Below, in pieces: positions 1-9,634 of a DNA stretch of 64,000 nucleotides. The notes under the pieces were generated by a model. That model saw nothing but the letters and a program-made list of their open reading frames with translations, ran no database searches and was not told where the DNA came from. Every line of letters begins with the position of its first letter. The first letter of the stretch is position 1. Source of the DNA: a virus; the IMG/VR virus record IMGVR_UViG_3300048599_000816, positions 96,545 to 160,544 of that record; one strand, written 5' to 3'. The position numbers and the translations under genes were made by a program.

Positions 1-426
1 TTTCATGAGTTTTTTTGCTGTTTTTTCTAGAGAAGTAGAATTATCTATTTCTATAAATTTGCCTTCAAAATCCTTGAACTTATTTTTACATTCATCAATT
101 ATTTGTTTATAGACTTTCATATGTGATTTGAACGTCTCTAAATCATTGACGTGTTTTTCGTTTCTTGCTAATGCACGTTCAACTAAAACCTCAGGTTTTG
201 CTTTTACATAAACAAAACAAGCTCCAAGTTTTAAAAACTTATCAATAAGTTTTAAATTGTTCTCCTTTCGAACTTTGTCTGTACGACCATAAATTGTGTC
301 ATAAACAATGTTGCAAATAGGCGATCGAGGAATCATATAAGGTTCATAGTTGTAGAGTTTTGCAAGTTCATGCATCAAAGAATTTTTACCTGAGCAATCT
401 GTTCCCAAAAAACAAATTATTTTCAT
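1..426 (-). CDS. P-loop nucleotide kinase (thymidylate/dNMP-kinase-like), truncated by the window edge
   Basis: Minus-strand frame from ATG at 426..424 reads MKIICFLGTDCSGKNSLMHELAKLYNYEPYMIPRSP... (Walker A GxDxSGK) and stays open to position 1. Not in the ORF track because no stop lies in the window. Its ATG overlaps the stop of the upstream gene (ATGA). Confidence 0.5.
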   Translation of the reverse strand, partial: MKIICFLGTDCSGKNSLMHELAKLYNYEPYMIPRSPICNIVYDTIYGRTDKVRKENNLKLIDKFLKLGACFVYVKAKPEVLVERALARNEKHVNDLETFKSHMKVYKQIIDECKNKFKDFEGKFIEIDNSTSLEKTAKKLMK

Positions 427-1454
427 AACCAGTATGGCTCCATTTCTATATTTTCAATTACGCTATTGATAGTTTTTTCTATACCAATATCAAGAGGTAT
501 ATAATTGTCGAACTTGTTAAAACTTAAACCTGCATCTTCTATTTTTGAATCATCAATGTTATGATAATGTAAATAGTCTTTTTCTCTATCAAAAATTATC
601 CATTCATTGACTTGTTTGTTAAAATCAGTTTGGTTACAAATCCCCTTTTGTGCAAAATAATGACTTATAATAGCAAACATCTGATACCAATTTTTTGCTA
701 TTTTATAAGACTCACCAATGTTATAAACAGGACACCAATCTTTTAAATAATTACAATTACCTTCGACAAAACTCAAAATACATGTTGCAATGTTCTCTAC
801 TCTAGTATACGACTTAGGTATAGTTGGATCAAGCAAGATTGTTAATTTGTGATCAGTGTGTTGTGTAAAATTTTTGTACATTACATAGATAAGCTTTGTT
901 AAAGCACTATGAAGATCATCTGGATAGTTTCCAAAACCAAAAACAGGTCTAACAACAATGCGATCTGTTTTACAAACATTTTTTACTAAAAGTTCACCTG
1001 CATATTTAGTTATACCATAAAGCGTTTGAGGATTTATTGGTGTACCTTCTGACATTGGTTTGTTCATGTCATAACATGATGGATCAAGAATTGCTGTTGT
1101 AGAAAGATAAACTAAAGGTATGTCATATTTATTACAATATTGTACTATATTATGCGTACCTTCAACATTAGTTCTAATTGCAGCATTAGGATCAGAAGAA
1201 CAGAAATCAGTACCAACAAATGCACCAGAGTGAATAACAGCACCAAGAGTATTCCAAGGTATTGTTTCTAAAGCTTTTGGATCAAGAAAATCTAACTCTG
1301 GTTTCCTTACTTTAAAACTTTGATGTTTTTTGTGTTTAGTTAAAGAATTTTCTATTAATTGAGAATTGACTACTTCCAAACCATACAAATGAGCATTATG
1401 TTGCATTTGCATTGGAATAGTACCTGATTCACCTGTTATCAAAATCTTCTTCAT
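423..1454 (-). CDS. NAD-dependent sugar epimerase/dehydratase (extended SDR family)
   Basis: N-terminal Rossmann motif ITGESGTIP and catalytic YGITKYAGE (YxxxK). Confidence 0.65.
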   Translation of the reverse strand: MKKILITGESGTIPMQMQHNAHLYGLEVVNSQLIENSLTKHKKHQSFKVRKPELDFLDPKALETIPWNTLGAVIHSGAFVGTDFCSSDPNAAIRTNVEGTHNIVQYCNKYDIPLVYLSTTAILDPSCYDMNKPMSEGTPINPQTLYGITKYAGELLVKNVCKTDRIVVRPVFGFGNYPDDLHSALTKLIYVMYKNFTQHTDHKLTILLDPTIPKSYTRVENIATCILSFVEGNCNYLKDWCPVYNIGESYKIAKNWYQMFAIISHYFAQKGICNQTDFNKQVNEWIIFDREKDYLHYHNIDDSKIEDAGLSFNKFDNYIPLDIGIEKTINSVIENIEMEPYWL

Positions 1455-1642
1455 AAAGTTCCTTTTACTATAAATTTCATTTTTGTTGTTTTAACTTCAA
1501 TTTTATTTTCCAAAATCCAATCACTATCACATTGCCACCAACCATTCGAATTACAAACAAGCCAACCTTCAACTAATTGTTTGCAAACTTCTCCTATTGA
1601 TCCATCAGGTAGTTTGCAATGCGTCTTAAAAACTTCAATCAT
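1451..1642 (-). CDS. hypothetical small Cys/Trp-rich protein
   Basis: ORF track; translationally coupled to both neighbours. Confidence 0.3.
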   Translation of the reverse strand: MIEVFKTHCKLPDGSIGEVCKQLVEGWLVCNSNGWWQCDSDWILENKIEVKTTKMKFIVKGTL

Positions 1643-3345
1643 TTTAAAATTTCCAAAATCATTTCTTTGTATTTATCTTTTGTAGCTCTTTGGTAACTAA
1701 ACACATAACTTGGATGCCAAATATTCTGTAAAGGTATTTTTATATTATTATCTCTAAAAAGGATAGTTAAAAATTCAAAAACTTGTTTTCCCATGCTTAC
1801 GACAAGTTCGGGTTTCAAAACATCGATCTCATCAACTATATTCACAAAACAAGCTTGTGCCCAATGCAATTTTATTTCGTTAGTTTGTGATGAGCAATTA
1901 TGCATAACAAGATTATCTGCTATATAACTTTCATCTTCTTCAACACTTAAATTGTATCTAAACCCTCTGCTTTTTTCCATTCTTTCAATACTTAAAATTT
2001 TCGTAGGTTTGAAAACATATTGATGTGTATGATTCTTTAATATTCTTATAATTTCTTTTACGCATCTATCAGCATCTTTTAAAATCTCTTTTTCATCAAA
2101 AATCAAAACAGTATATCCTTTAGATTCTAAGTATTTTGTCCTTTTTGAAGAAAGTTCTACTTTTTTTGTTTTATGCCAGTACCAACCATTACATTCAATA
2201 ATTATTGGTTTTTCATCAAGAACAATATCAGGAAAATATCTACCAATTCTTAAATTGTCTTTAAACTTTATATTTTCTTTTTCTAATCCTTTTTTTATTA
2301 AAACTTCTATTTTTGTGTTTTTTATGGGAATAAATTTTTGTCCAGCAGAATATTTATGCGTACTATAGTACTTAGCAAGCGCTTCTGTCCCTAATGAAGG
2401 AAAGTCTACTCCTCTTTCTTTCATAATTTTTATATTTCTTTTACCTTGTAGTTTTTGTCTTCTCTTTACTTTTTTTGTTTCAGATTCTGAAAGTTTATAT
2501 AACCAGTGATTACCATTTTTATGAATATCACCTGAATGCCATTTTTTTTGTTTTACAAGATCTCTTACTTTATCATTCGCTTTTTTAGTCAATCTAAATC
2601 TTAATGTAGGATCTTTTTTTAAAAGCTTAGGTATTCTATATTTATTTGAACATTTTCTTGAACAATAAACATGTTTTTTTACATCATATTTATTTTTTAT
2701 TATTACTTTATTACAATATGCGCATTTAGAAGCAAGCGATATCAACTCGTCATCTGTAGTTAAATCACTTGCTTTTTTCCAACCAGTTGTTGTCAAAAAG
2801 GGATGTTCGTCTGTCACAATGATTTTATTTTTACTAGTTTTTTCAAATTCATTATTAATAAAAGTAATTTTTATTCTTGTGACACTGTTATCCATTTTTT
2901 CTTTAAAAACTTTTGTAATTTTTCTAAATCTTCCAAGATGTGTCAAAACTCTATCACCAACTTTTAAAAATTTAATTTGGATCCAGCCTTTAGAAGTATA
3001 AATTTTTGTTTTAGGACTTGTAAGACAATGTATGAGATTATCGCAAAATATCTCTTCAAACATTCCTGTTTCTTTTAAAAGCTCATTGAATTTTCTTCCA
3101 GACCCTGGACTACCTTCAACTCCACCAAATGCATATTCATGTCCAGGAAATCTGTTATAAGAAGGATTCATCCCTATAAACAAAAAACGGCATTTTTTTG
3201 TGCCGCCTTTCCAACCATAAAGTTTTCCATAACCTTTTGCAATATCTTTTTTGTTATAATCTAGATCACATAATTCACACCTTGTACAAGCTTGAATATC
3301 TTTGTTGATCTTATCTAATTGTGCTTCTAATTTTTGACAAATCAT
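1639..3345 (-). CDS. Fe-S uracil-DNA-glycosylase-superfamily protein interrupted by an intein
   Basis: Extein: Cys cluster CTRCELC..C, motif FIGMNPSY, C-terminal WHPSYVF (HPS motif). N-extein 106 aa plus C-extein 85 aa gives 191 aa, a normal UDG size. The remaining 377 aa start with Cys after NLIH and end with VMHN followed by CSS. Confidence 0.65.
   Translation of the reverse strand: MICQKLEAQLDKINKDIQACTRCELCDLDYNKKDIAKGYGKLYGWKGGTKKCRFLFIGMNPSYNRFPGHEYAFGGVEGSPGSGRKFNELLKETGMFEEIFCDNLIHCLTSPKTKIYTSKGWIQIKFLKVGDRVLTHLGRFRKITKVFKEKMDNSVTRIKITFINNEFEKTSKNKIIVTDEHPFLTTTGWKKASDLTTDDELISLASKCAYCNKVIIKNKYDVKKHVYCSRKCSNKYRIPKLLKKDPTLRFRLTKKANDKVRDLVKQKKWHSGDIHKNGNHWLYKLSESETKKVKRRQKLQGKRNIKIMKERGVDFPSLGTEALAKYYSTHKYSAGQKFIPIKNTKIEVLIKKGLEKENIKFKDNLRIGRYFPDIVLDEKPIIIECNGWYWHKTKKVELSSKRTKYLESKGYTVLIFDEKEILKDADRCVKEIIRILKNHTHQYVFKPTKILSIERMEKSRGFRYNLSVEEDESYIADNLVMHNCSSQTNEIKLHWAQACFVNIVDEIDVLKPELVVSMGKQVFEFLTILFRDNNIKIPLQNIWHPSYVFSYQRATKDKYKEMILEILK
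1897..3027 (-). mobile_element. intein (Hint domain plus DUF559/Vsr-like PD-(D/E)xK homing endonuclease domain) inside the UDG gene
   Basis: The insert begins CLTSPKT and ends VMHN|C. Its internal segment PIIIECNGWYWHK...YLESKGYTVLIF matches the hhExDGxxH...GW.VLRF motif of the three free-standing endonucleases in the tRNA array. Confidence 0.6.
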
Positions 3346-4273
3346 GACTTAAAAGTTCCATTGGATTGTTTATTCTTATTAAGTGTTTGTTTTTATAAAA
3401 TTGATCTTGATTGTATGTTTTCTCTAACAAAAAAACAATAAGACCTTGATGATTGAAATTTTTTGTGTTTTCAAGATTGTCTTCTACAATAAATTTAATT
3501 TTGAATCTTAATTTATAGACGTCCTCTTTTCTTTGAAAATCAGACCAATAAATAGCTTCAAAAGGGATGTTGTTTTGATGTAACCAATACAGAGTGTCTG
3601 TGTAAATTACTTTGTATTTCGATACAGGTCTATTTGTGAAAAGGATAATTGTTTCGCCATTATCCTTAAGTTGATTCATTAATTTAAGTGTATCTTTATT
3701 TACAGGTTGAAATCGTTTTTCTCCTGACAATCTATACTCTGTTTTTAGATCTTGATATCCTTTTAAATCAAGTTGGTCTTTCATCTGTTCAGTAGAATTA
3801 AAGTTTGTCCCTTTGTTTTTATTAACCCAATCAATGAAACAATCTGGAAAATTGTTAATCACACCATCAATGTCAAAGACAACAACTTCTTTACTTGACA
3901 AAATCTGAAATTTTTTATTTTGTTCATATTTTTGTTTTACAACTTCAGTTTTGTCATTGTAACCTTTTATGACATCTTCAAATGAAATACCAAGAAGTTG
4001 ACCAAGGCCCATAAAATATTTAAAGACGTCTACATATTCTTCGACAAGATTACTTGTTACTATTGCATCAGTTTCACGTTCATCATTTTGATAGTGCATT
4101 TTCCAGTGAGGCAAACAATTAATAAGGTCAGACAACTCTTGATTCACGTGAAAACAAAATTCTTTTGCCCAACGAATTTTATCTTCTATAGACAAATTTT
4201 TTAGATCAAGATTATGATCTTTAAAAAAGCGCTCATTAAATTCAAATTGATTATCCCAAATTTGTTTATTCAT
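3311..4273 (-). CDS. MazG-like all-alpha NTP-pyrophosphatase domain fused to a HAD-superfamily phosphatase (5'-nucleotidase-like)
   Basis: C-terminal half has VVVFDIDGVINNF (HAD DxDxV motif) and FTNRP. N-terminal half is helical with MazG-like acidic motifs. The fusion is inferred. Confidence 0.45.
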   Translation of the reverse strand: MNKQIWDNQFEFNERFFKDHNLDLKNLSIEDKIRWAKEFCFHVNQELSDLINCLPHWKMHYQNDERETDAIVTSNLVEEYVDVFKYFMGLGQLLGISFEDVIKGYNDKTEVVKQKYEQNKKFQILSSKEVVVFDIDGVINNFPDCFIDWVNKNKGTNFNSTEQMKDQLDLKGYQDLKTEYRLSGEKRFQPVNKDTLKLMNQLKDNGETIILFTNRPVSKYKVIYTDTLYWLHQNNIPFEAIYWSDFQRKEDVYKLRFKIKFIVEDNLENTKNFNHQGLIVFLLEKTYNQDQFYKNKHLIRINNPMELLSHDLSKIRSTIR

Positions 4274-4527
4274 AAGAATATTTTCCTTTTTTCAACTCTA
4301 TCATAATCATTGCAAGTAAAAAAATGAGAATTGAAATTTTCAATAAGATTTAAATGACACTCGCAACTTATAAAAATATAACCAAAAAAAATATTTTCTT
4401 TAAATTTTGAAGCAATGGTTAAACCAAACATCATTAAAAAAGGATTCAAGAAAACTTTCAAAATACTTCTATGATTTACTACTTCATTTTTATAATAAAG
4501 AATACCTAAAGGTTTAAATTTTTTCAT
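4270..4527 (-). CDS. hypothetical protein
   Basis: ORF track; operon-packed. Confidence 0.25.
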   Translation of the reverse strand: MKKFKPLGILYYKNEVVNHRSILKVFLNPFLMMFGLTIASKFKENIFFGYIFISCECHLNLIENFNSHFFTCNDYDRVEKRKIFL

Positions 4528-5180
4528 ACTATAAATCTCATCTTCACATTAACTTTTTCAGTTTCAACAAGTGGTGGTGCAGGATCTTGAACCCAAGACG
4601 TTTCAAAAAAATTTGGCTTCTGCGAAGGTATTGACATTAACCGTTCAGCTCTTCGAATCTCTTCAAGCGATATTTGTTGACGTCTTTGTGCTTCTTCATT
4701 TCTTTCAGCTCTTCTCAACCCATCAAAAGTTAGTTGTTCATATCTGGTTAAACGTTGACGTTCATTGCTTGTACGCTCAAGTTGTCTTCGTCTATAATCA
4801 TAAGACACTGAAAAAAATCCAACTACAAAAACAACTCTTGCAGGATTAAAATGTTCGACAATTTGCTCAGCGTTTCGTACTTCATCAGCGTAAATGTGAT
4901 ATAAATTTGATGGATTAAGTGTTCGCGATAATTCACTTTGCGCAACTTGTAAAGGTATATATGGATTCACAACAAAAACTTCTGCAATATCTCTATATTG
5001 ATCTAAAGCATGTCTTGTGTGAACTAGAACTATATTATTTCTTTGGTTGTTTCTTTGAATTAATTGTCTAATACAATTAGTCTTTCCAATTGCTCTTAAC
5101 ATCCCACAATCAATATTACGTGGACACCCACGTTCTATTTGACTGACCATAAACATTAATTCTTCAACAGACATCTGCAA
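4524..5180 (-). CDS. hypothetical protein with R/E-rich C-terminal low-complexity region
   Basis: ORF track; no motif recognised. Confidence 0.3.
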   Translation of the reverse strand: MQMSVEELMFMVSQIERGCPRNIDCGMLRAIGKTNCIRQLIQRNNQRNNIVLVHTRHALDQYRDIAEVFVVNPYIPLQVAQSELSRTLNPSNLYHIYADEVRNAEQIVEHFNPARVVFVVGFFSVSYDYRRRQLERTSNERQRLTRYEQLTFDGLRRAERNEEAQRRQQISLEEIRRAERLMSIPSQKPNFFETSWVQDPAPPLVETEKVNVKMRFIV

Positions 5181-6102
5181 TAGCTTCCTCTATTACTGTT
5201 TCTGTTTTCCAACGACGTTGCCATGCACCATAACGTCCAATAAATTTAACTTGTGGCTTATCTAAAATTTCGAAATCTTTATCTAAAGAGATTATTTGAT
5301 TTCCTTTGACATATCTAATTTGTTCTTCTTTGGGAACAATATAATATTTCTCCAAAATTTGTTTCATATACTCTTTTACTTTAGAGCCAAAAACATCACA
5401 AACAATCCCCTGTTTACATTTTGTCAGTCTGTGAAACACAGTATCTTGCCGGGCATCATATACATAATCAAAATCTTTTAAATCAAAAGTAACTTCACTT
5501 GGTAACAAGCAATAAGCCATATCAAAAGACTGTAATTTGACGTCCAAGCCAGCAACACGAGCGAAAATGCTTAGTGGTATTGTAGATACTAGTTTGCTGT
5601 ACTTGAACGTCATATTAGTGTCTGTTTCGACAATTTGGTTTTCTAAATCTATAGAAAAAGCTCTTCCCATATAGATTCTATCACCAATTTTTTCAAAAAG
5701 CTTATTGATTAAGTCTTTAAAGTCAACATCACAAACTTGAAATTCTTTTACGTTTGTATTTAAAACTGTAGGATCAAATCCTTCAAGGTTTTCTTGACCT
5801 CTTGACTTCATGAAATATTTTTGTCTAAATTCAGGTCCTGGATTTTCTACCCATCCTGAATCATCTAAATAACCTATTCTAATAGTAGAAAACTTTATTG
5901 GAACGTCTAATTCTTCTAAAAACTTTCTTACAGGCCCTGGTTTATCATGTAAATACCTTGGTCCAAGATCAAAATATGACATCATTTGGCCACCTACTTG
6001 ATCAGTCAAGATAAAATGATCTTTATGATAGTATGCCCAAATAAGACCTGCTATTCCTGCGCCCAGAATAATTTTCATATTAATTTCCTTTTGTTTTCCC
6101 AA
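5164..6102 (-). CDS. FAD/NAD(P)-binding oxidoreductase (UGM/amine-oxidase-like fold)
   Basis: N-terminal KIILGAGIAGL (GxGxxG); the segment LGPRYLHDK resembles the YGPHIFHT motif of UDP-galactopyranose mutase. Confidence 0.45.
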   Translation of the reverse strand: MGKQKEINMKIILGAGIAGLIWAYYHKDHFILTDQVGGQMMSYFDLGPRYLHDKPGPVRKFLEELDVPIKFSTIRIGYLDDSGWVENPGPEFRQKYFMKSRGQENLEGFDPTVLNTNVKEFQVCDVDFKDLINKLFEKIGDRIYMGRAFSIDLENQIVETDTNMTFKYSKLVSTIPLSIFARVAGLDVKLQSFDMAYCLLPSEVTFDLKDFDYVYDARQDTVFHRLTKCKQGIVCDVFGSKVKEYMKQILEKYYIVPKEEQIRYVKGNQIISLDKDFEILDKPQVKFIGRYGAWQRRWKTETVIEEAIADVC

Positions 6103-6815
6103 TATTTTTTTCTAGCAATCGACATTTTGTTTTTTGTTGAATCTGATTTCTTTTGTCCAGTAAGTTTTAAACTCATTTTCGCTTTGCAACTTTCTGACAA
6201 GTGTTTTCCTCTTATATTAGGATTTGACTTTCTTGAATCACTTATTTTTTTCTTTGATAGATCTGAATGGTTACCCCAAGAAACACCAGAACGTTTAATA
6301 CTTATTTTACGTTTTGTCTCTTCTGTATGTTTTTTACCAAAAAATGGATTATCTTCTCCTTTTACTTTATTTTTTAAAAAATCTTTATACTTTTGACTTC
6401 TTTTCTTGCCTTTATTTGCTTGACTTACTTTTTGCTTTGTACTAGCTGAATGTTTTTTCCCGAAAAAACCATTTTTTTCACCAGTAATACTTTGTGAAAT
6501 TTTCTTTTTAATTTCTTCATTAAATTCAAAAGAGTCACCACCATCAGTTAGATTATAACCAGATGATACTTTGTTTGAACAATAAAAAGCTATCCAAAAT
6601 TTTTCTTGCGTGTTTAATTGTACTCTTGTTTGACAAACTTCTAACACTTCCCATTTAAAATTTATTTTGCCATACTTTTTTATTGCTCTTTGAAAATAAG
6701 CACTATTATAGTCTGGCGAAGACTCATGGGTTTTTCTTCTTTGCTCTAATGTTTTTATAGTTTGACCAATATAAACTTTATTATTGATTATATTGGTTGC
6801 TTTATAAACGATCAT
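6075..6815 (-). CDS. GIY-YIG homing endonuclease
   Basis: N-terminal MIVYKATNIINNKVYIGQT...RRKTHE (GIY...YIG...R...H/E). Basic DNA-binding repeats follow (GKKHS / GKKHT NUMOD-like). Confidence 0.75.
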   Translation of the reverse strand: MIVYKATNIINNKVYIGQTIKTLEQRRKTHESSPDYNSAYFQRAIKKYGKINFKWEVLEVCQTRVQLNTQEKFWIAFYCSNKVSSGYNLTDGGDSFEFNEEIKKKISQSITGEKNGFFGKKHSASTKQKVSQANKGKKRSQKYKDFLKNKVKGEDNPFFGKKHTEETKRKISIKRSGVSWGNHSDLSKKKISDSRKSNPNIRGKHLSESCKAKMSLKLTGQKKSDSTKNKMSIARKKYWENKRKLI

Positions 6816-7793
6816 TTATTCGCTTTCAAAATAAGATCTGTCACTCTGTTCGAGTTTGTCATAATCATTTTCTGTGAAATCAATCCAGTCAGTTGGTAAC
6901 TTGATTTTCATATCAAGTTGCTGTTCAAGTTTGTCTTTGTCAGTACATGATTGATTGAATTCAGCATACTCATTTGATGTTCCTGGATTTCGATTACATG
7001 GGGCAAATAGACATCCAAACATATTTGACATATTGTAAGCATTGTTGTATGTGCATTTTTTCCCAAAATCACAACCAGGACGACAATAATTTGCCAAGAA
7101 AGGAAATACTTTTTCAAGTTCTTTGTGTACAAGCCACGCAAAAGCAACAGTTGCATCAGCTTCACAAAATTGCATTCTCCTTGCAAGTAAACTCTGAAGA
7201 GCAGCAAAATTAGCTGAGAAACTAAAAGCATGTGTATTTGAAATAGGGAATATTGAACGAGCACTTTGCCATGAACCTTTGCCTTTATGAATAACTAAAT
7301 CATAAACATCTTTACAGTGAAGTGCAGCACTTTTGAATGCTTCAAACAATTCAGGATCTTCAGCAATTTCATCATGAACAAAAAAACCTGCATCATTATG
7401 GTTATTGTCTCTTGTTCCCTGACTTGAGAAAACAATCCCAAGTCTTGCTCGAGCTATCTGATCAAAAGACCAACGAGGAAGACGTTCGACTGCAAATGTA
7501 AAACAAGGTGCTTCATAAGCTAAAGGCAATGCTTGTCGTTTCAAAACAGCTAAAACAACCATGAATCTTCCTTGGGGTGTTGTATCATTCCATTTGTCGA
7601 TTTTCTTTCCCCAGCAAGATGTTGCCATAGTGTACATAGATTTGTAAGGATTTCGCGAACAATCGATAAGCTTTACGCTGTCTTTCATACCAGTTACACC
7701 AATATGAAAATCAGTTTTTTTCTGAGGTTCTTGGTCAGGGAGAGTTCCCATAACTCTTCGAATTGCATTTACATGTTCATTTAAGTTTTCCAT
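6816..7793 (-). CDS. divergent ThyX-like (flavin-dependent thymidylate synthase family) protein
   Basis: CFTFAVERLPRWSFDQIARARLGIVFSSQGTRD aligns to the ThyX core FTF.IEG.SR..S.QLVRHR..S.SQQSQRY. However, RHR is replaced by RAR and SQRY by GTRD. Confidence 0.4.
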   Translation of the reverse strand: MENLNEHVNAIRRVMGTLPDQEPQKKTDFHIGVTGMKDSVKLIDCSRNPYKSMYTMATSCWGKKIDKWNDTTPQGRFMVVLAVLKRQALPLAYEAPCFTFAVERLPRWSFDQIARARLGIVFSSQGTRDNNHNDAGFFVHDEIAEDPELFEAFKSAALHCKDVYDLVIHKGKGSWQSARSIFPISNTHAFSFSANFAALQSLLARRMQFCEADATVAFAWLVHKELEKVFPFLANYCRPGCDFGKKCTYNNAYNMSNMFGCLFAPCNRNPGTSNEYAEFNQSCTDKDKLEQQLDMKIKLPTDWIDFTENDYDKLEQSDRSYFESE

Positions 7794-7801
7794 TTTTTCT
7801 C

Positions 7802-8167
7802 CTAAGATTTAAAGTTTTTGTACATTGTCGTATTTGTAAGGAAACTTGATTTCCAGTTCCATTCATCAAGAAAATAATGTTCAAAATCAGCTTCTGATAT
7901 TTCTATCTCTTCTCTTGTCTCAAATTCAATCATTTTGATTGCTTTTTCGTACTCTTTGACATAAGAGAAAGGTTTGGGAAGATTTGTAATATCAACTTTA
8001 GTATTAATTGCATTAGGAAGGTCAAGTTTTTCAAGAATCTTTTTTAACTCGACTTTAGCTTTTTCAATCCAACCAATGACAGCTTCGTCATAATCTTTTT
8101 GGTGTTGAGCAAGATTTTTTTTGAGAACATCAAGAACAGTTTCTTTTTTTACTTTAATATGTTCCAT
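7802..8167 (-). CDS. hypothetical protein
   Basis: ORF track, trimmed to the internal Met (MEHIKVKK) so it abuts rather than overlaps the next ORF. Confidence 0.3.
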   Translation of the reverse strand: MEHIKVKKETVLDVLKKNLAQHQKDYDEAVIGWIEKAKVELKKILEKLDLPNAINTKVDITNLPKPFSYVKEYEKAIKMIEFETREEIEISEADFEHYFLDEWNWKSSFLTNTTMYKNFKS

Positions 8168-8168
8168 T

Positions 8169-8405
8169 TTATTCCTTCTTTTCTGCAGGTGGTTCGTCAC
8201 AAACTTCAGCATCAACATCAGCTAAAAGTTTGACAAAAGTATTCTTTCCAATAAAAACTTTCGAGCCTTTTTTAATTTTGATTTTAGATGTATTATCAGT
8301 TTCTTTTTCTGTGATCAAATCGTCAAAAAAACTTTCAACACCTTTGCCAACATTCGTAAGACAATCTGTCAAGTTTTCAAATGCTTTTTCAAAATCTGTT
8401 TTCAT
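8169..8405 (-). CDS. hypothetical acidic protein
   Basis: ORF track. Confidence 0.3.
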   Translation of the reverse strand: MKTDFEKAFENLTDCLTNVGKGVESFFDDLITEKETDNTSKIKIKKGSKVFIGKNTFVKLLADVDAEVCDEPPAEKKE

Positions 8406-8430
8406 ATTACTCCTTTGTTAGCTTGTAATC

Positions 8431-8793
8431 TTGAAATTATATATTCCAAAAACAAGAAAAAATAATAAAAAACTTAAGATGTCATGTTTTTCTCACTTAA
8501 AGGAGCGTAAAATGAATGCTGAAAAGATTCACGAATTAAGTGGTCTAATAGCAAGACTTGAAAGATTTCAATGTTCTGTTTATAACAAAGATAGCAATCC
8601 TACAATGTATGTTGAATCAGAAAAAATTCAAAAATCAGAGTTTGAAAATGTAGAACAATTTGCTGAAGACTTAAGAGTAGCTATTGAAACTGTTGTAAAT
8701 AAACACGTCAATTTATTGAAGAAGGAAATTGAAAAAGAAGTATTGGGTATTGTAGAAAAACAAAAAACAAATAGAAAAACAAAAAAGACTTAG
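8431..8793 (+). CDS. hypothetical protein (lysine-rich C-terminus)
   Basis: Plus-strand ORF followed directly by the hairpin terminator. Confidence 0.35.
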   Translation: MKLYIPKTRKNNKKLKMSCFSHLKERKMNAEKIHELSGLIARLERFQCSVYNKDSNPTMYVESEKIQKSEFENVEQFAEDLRVAIETVVNKHVNLLKKEIEKEVLGIVEKQKTNRKTKKT

Positions 8794-8812
8794 TTTTCAC
8801 TAAGTCTTTTTT
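8786..8812. terminator. bidirectional rho-independent terminator
   Basis: agacttag-ttttca-ctaagtct stem-loop flanked by A-run and T-run, between convergent genes. Confidence 0.6.
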
Positions 8813-8834
8813 AAAATGATACCTTAAGGATACC

Positions 8835-9620
8835 TTAAGAAAAAAATGAGTTTGTTGTGCCACCAATTGTGGTCTGACTTGTCCGGATAACTGATTTACT
8901 AACTAAATCAACAGTCCTACGTATTTCACTTTCTGTTGCAGCTGCAGTTAGAACGTTTGGAAATCCAACCTTTTTAGCGACAGCTTTCAGAATTGTATCA
9001 GCACTTGGATCGTTAGGATCTGTATAACCGACGTACACAGGATAGAACATTTCTTTTTTAAGAAGCGACTCTGTTGTAATTTTAACTTCGCTTGAAGATG
9101 ATTTCTGTGAATCATTATCATCACCATCAGAAAAAACTACCACAATAGTTTTTGTTCTTACACCATTTTGATTCAGGTCTGTTGCATAAGCTTTCGCACC
9201 TGTGATAGATTCCATAAGAGCATCATATACTGCAGTAGAACCGCCTGTCGCTCTGTAATCATTACCAATTGGAGCAATTTCATCAGATTTTTTAAACCCA
9301 TGCAAAATTTTCGTCCTTGTCGAAAAAACAACTGTACTTACGAGAATTGAGCCACCTTGCTTTGAGTTTTTGAAAGACTGAATCATTTTGTCATACGAAT
9401 CACGTACAACTTGTTCATGTTTCTTCATTGAAATCGAAGCATCAAGTAAAATTTTAACGACTGTTACGTCATCTGTTTCAATATCATCCAATGAAGTACC
9501 AAGGCAACCAGCAAGATTTGAACCATCTAAACTGTTGACCATAAGTGCACCTACTGTAGGATCTACAGTAGGCAAACTAAATAGATTTTTTACGTCATCA
9601 ATATCAGCCATGTTAATCAA
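8835..9620 (-). CDS. von Willebrand factor A (vWA) domain protein, TerY-like
   Basis: MIDAS-like LLDASISM (DxSxS) and TKTIVVVFSDGDDND. Confidence 0.55.
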   Translation of the reverse strand: MINMADIDDVKNLFSLPTVDPTVGALMVNSLDGSNLAGCLGTSLDDIETDDVTVVKILLDASISMKKHEQVVRDSYDKMIQSFKNSKQGGSILVSTVVFSTRTKILHGFKKSDEIAPIGNDYRATGGSTAVYDALMESITGAKAYATDLNQNGVRTKTIVVVFSDGDDNDSQKSSSSEVKITTESLLKKEMFYPVYVGYTDPNDPSADTILKAVAKKVGFPNVLTAAATESEIRRTVDLVSKSVIRTSQTTIGGTTNSFFS

Positions 9621-9634
9621 TTCCTTTCTAATTT

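Noticed and set aside
2819-3001. Short plus-strand ORFs nested inside long minus-strand genes (for example 2819..3001, 3998..4204, 4571..4849, 5296..5481, 5986..6396, 6974..7213, 9168..9642, 26695..27069, 57126..57565).
   Set aside because: They lie antisense to well-supported longer genes with recognisable domains, have low-complexity AT-rich-frame composition, and lack RBS or start context. Judged to be frame-shadow artefacts.
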